Source: Marsupella aquatica (lineage: Eukaryota; Plantae; Marchantiophyta). Taken from it: a stretch of DNA of 64,000 nt. The DNA lies in the NCBI GenBank assembly GCA_973895155.1, contig OZ316891.1:21278169-21342168 (forward strand), written 5' to 3'. Below the pieces are notes generated by a model. The model saw only the letters and a list, made by a program, of their open reading frames with translations. It had not been told where the DNA came from and made no database searches. A program made the translations under genes and the position numbers. Below, in pieces: positions 61,978 through 64,000 of this stretch; position 1 is the first letter of the stretch; the number at the start of each line of letters is the position of its first letter.

Positions 61978-63465
61978 CATCAGCCAAAGCTTCAATGTCG
62001 TCCCATCTTTGGTGTCCTTGCCATTGTTAAACCTTTGGTGTGCAGTAACACCTTTAGGCCTCTAACGGGTTTCAAACCAACAAGGACCCTTCTTGACAAA
62101 ATAATATTTCATAAACAGACCATGAGAAAGAGACAACAAAAATATTTGTACATTGTAGTGTTTAGATAAATAGATAAATTGCCTGAACCTGAAATTACTC
62201 AGGTAACCATTCAGTCATCACTCCATCTAGCCATTTTTTTTGACAAAATTTTGCCAATCACTTACCTTGAAAATTTGCTGGCTAATGGTAATGGAGTTTA
62301 GCTCTCTACTATTGGCCACCATTGAATCCCCTGTGTAGGTGCATTCCCCAGAAAATTATCCTACTTTTTCCAGAAGGTATTGTACAATTGACTATCCCTA
62401 GTGCATAATTACACTAAATGCCTTGCTGCATTTAGGGTTTAGGGTTTAAATTCATCTAGTTTGCGTTGTTTCTGCTCAATTGTACTGAGCCCTTGGAGAG
62501 ACAAGGGGCCAGCCGGTGTAGCCCTCTCCCAGAAATCCTGCTCCTCCTCCATTGAATTAAGTGCATCTTCAATCTGCAAGCGCAAATTCAATCTCCACAC
62601 TTGAAGATGATCCATGACAAAAATCCTATGAAATCAGGCAGAGTGCTTTACTTTCATGAAAAGCTTCAAGGGGCACAGCTATGGAGTGTTTAGGGTACCT
62701 CAGTTCTTGCTTGCAGATTTTTCCAGTGTCTCAACAGCCGCAATGTGCTCCTGCATCGGTGAGGGAGTTTGAACCTGGGTTGCTCAGGTTTGAGCATGAG
62801 TTAATCATTTTCAGGCATCTTTTTACAAGGCATGGGTGCAACGCCTATTGTGCACCCGAGCCATATCACGATGCAGGCCTCCAAACGGCTGTGACATATT
62901 TCCCTTTGGCAGGGTTGGCCCACAAAACAGGTTGCAGATGGTCTTATTTAGCTTCTCTTTGCAAATCATCAGCTAGATGTAATTTGTCCAAGCTGTTCTC
63001 TATTGGGACAGTGCCATCAGCCAAAGCTTCAATGTGATCTTATATCTTTGTGTCATTGCCATTGTTGAACCTTTGGTGTGCAGTAACACCATTAGGCCAT
63101 CTCACGGGAAAATTGGCAAAAATGTAACCATAATTAGATCATCACTCCATCTAGCCATTTTTTTGTGGGCAAAAATTTGCCAATCACTTACCTTTAAAAT
63201 GTGCTGGCTAATGGTAATGGGGTTTAGCTCTCTACCAGTGGCCACCATTGAACTAATGGTTATGGGAGTAATTTCAGGTTGAGACAATTTATCTATCCAT
63301 CTAAACACTACAATATAATTTTGTTCTCTCTTTCTCATGGTCTGTTTATGAATGTTTGGCAAGAAGAAACCTTGTTGGTTTGAGGTGCATTGCCCAGAAA
63401 GCTACTTTAGCCAGAAAGTATTGTACAATTTGACTATTCATAGTGCATAATTACACTAAATGCCT
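61978..63465. repeat. Rearranged direct repeat pair with an inverted internal module
   Basis: Copies at ~61978-62425 and ~63014-63465. Module ~62070-62200 reappears reverse-complemented at ~63267-63383. Confidence 0.75.
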
Positions 63466-63719
63466 TTCCATTCCTACCTTCCTTTTAAACCATCTCTAGC
63501 CATGACAATAGTAATAGTACACTTTTCCTATAATGATGGAGCAAAGTGGCACCTAGAGGAGAAAAATATGAAAAGGGGAGAAGTCTTGGACCCTTCCCCT
63601 TCCTTATATATGGCGTGGCTGTGTAATGGTAGTTGCCACCTTGGCAAAAAAAATAAAAATTAAAAAAAATGGCTGCCTTTGTGTACATGAAATCCTCCCT
63701 TCCCCACCCAACGCAGCTC

Positions 63720-63925
63720 ACCCCTCCGCTCCCCTCCCCTCCCCTCCCCTCCCCTCCCCTCCCCTCGACTGGATCCCCTGCAAATTAATGGCAAACCACC
63801 TGTACCAATTTTAGCTCCTATCCATCCATTCACTCCGAGGGTCCTCCAGTCGGCCTGCTGCATGGAGCCCGACCCCCTCCCCTCCCCTCCCCTCCCCTCC
63901 CCTCCCCACCCCACCCCACCCCACG
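63720..63925. repeat. (CCCCT)n/(CCCCA)n tracts, probably the 5' leader of the next gene
   Basis: Read directly. Followed by a strong donor cag|gtgagt at ~63986. Confidence 0.7.
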
Positions 63926-64000
63926 CGTCCAGGTGGGTCTGCCTTTCGTTTCTCCCGTGCAAATCGCATTCCTTCGCTACGATCAGGTGAGTTGTGTGCT

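Overview
Eukaryotic land-plant nuclear DNA, probably a non-seed plant (inferred from gene divergence and short introns). Seven intact-looking genes: an intronless UNE2-like MFS transporter (+), VPS37 (-), F-box protein 7 (-), an EAF-family elongation factor (-), an intronless GT37 fucosyltransferase (-), a calcineurin-like metallophosphoesterase (-) and a TMEM42-like membrane protein (+). Between them lie a probable solo LTR, a decayed two-gene PIF/Harbinger transposon, MITE/SINE-like pieces, L1 LINE remnants, tandem repeats and microsatellites. Main observations: (1) the predicted 5' leader of the fucosyltransferase is built from still-spliceable exons of a dead CCT1/TCP-1-alpha chaperonin copy that form a 40-aa uORF; (2) a degenerate Crypton-type tyrosine recombinase interrupted by a LINE; (3) a four-copy array of acceptor-plus-exon units; (4) a 52-aa tail-anchored microprotein candidate; (5) a candidate 24-nt microexon in VPS37. 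All family assignments come from manual translation and recalled motifs, not database searches.
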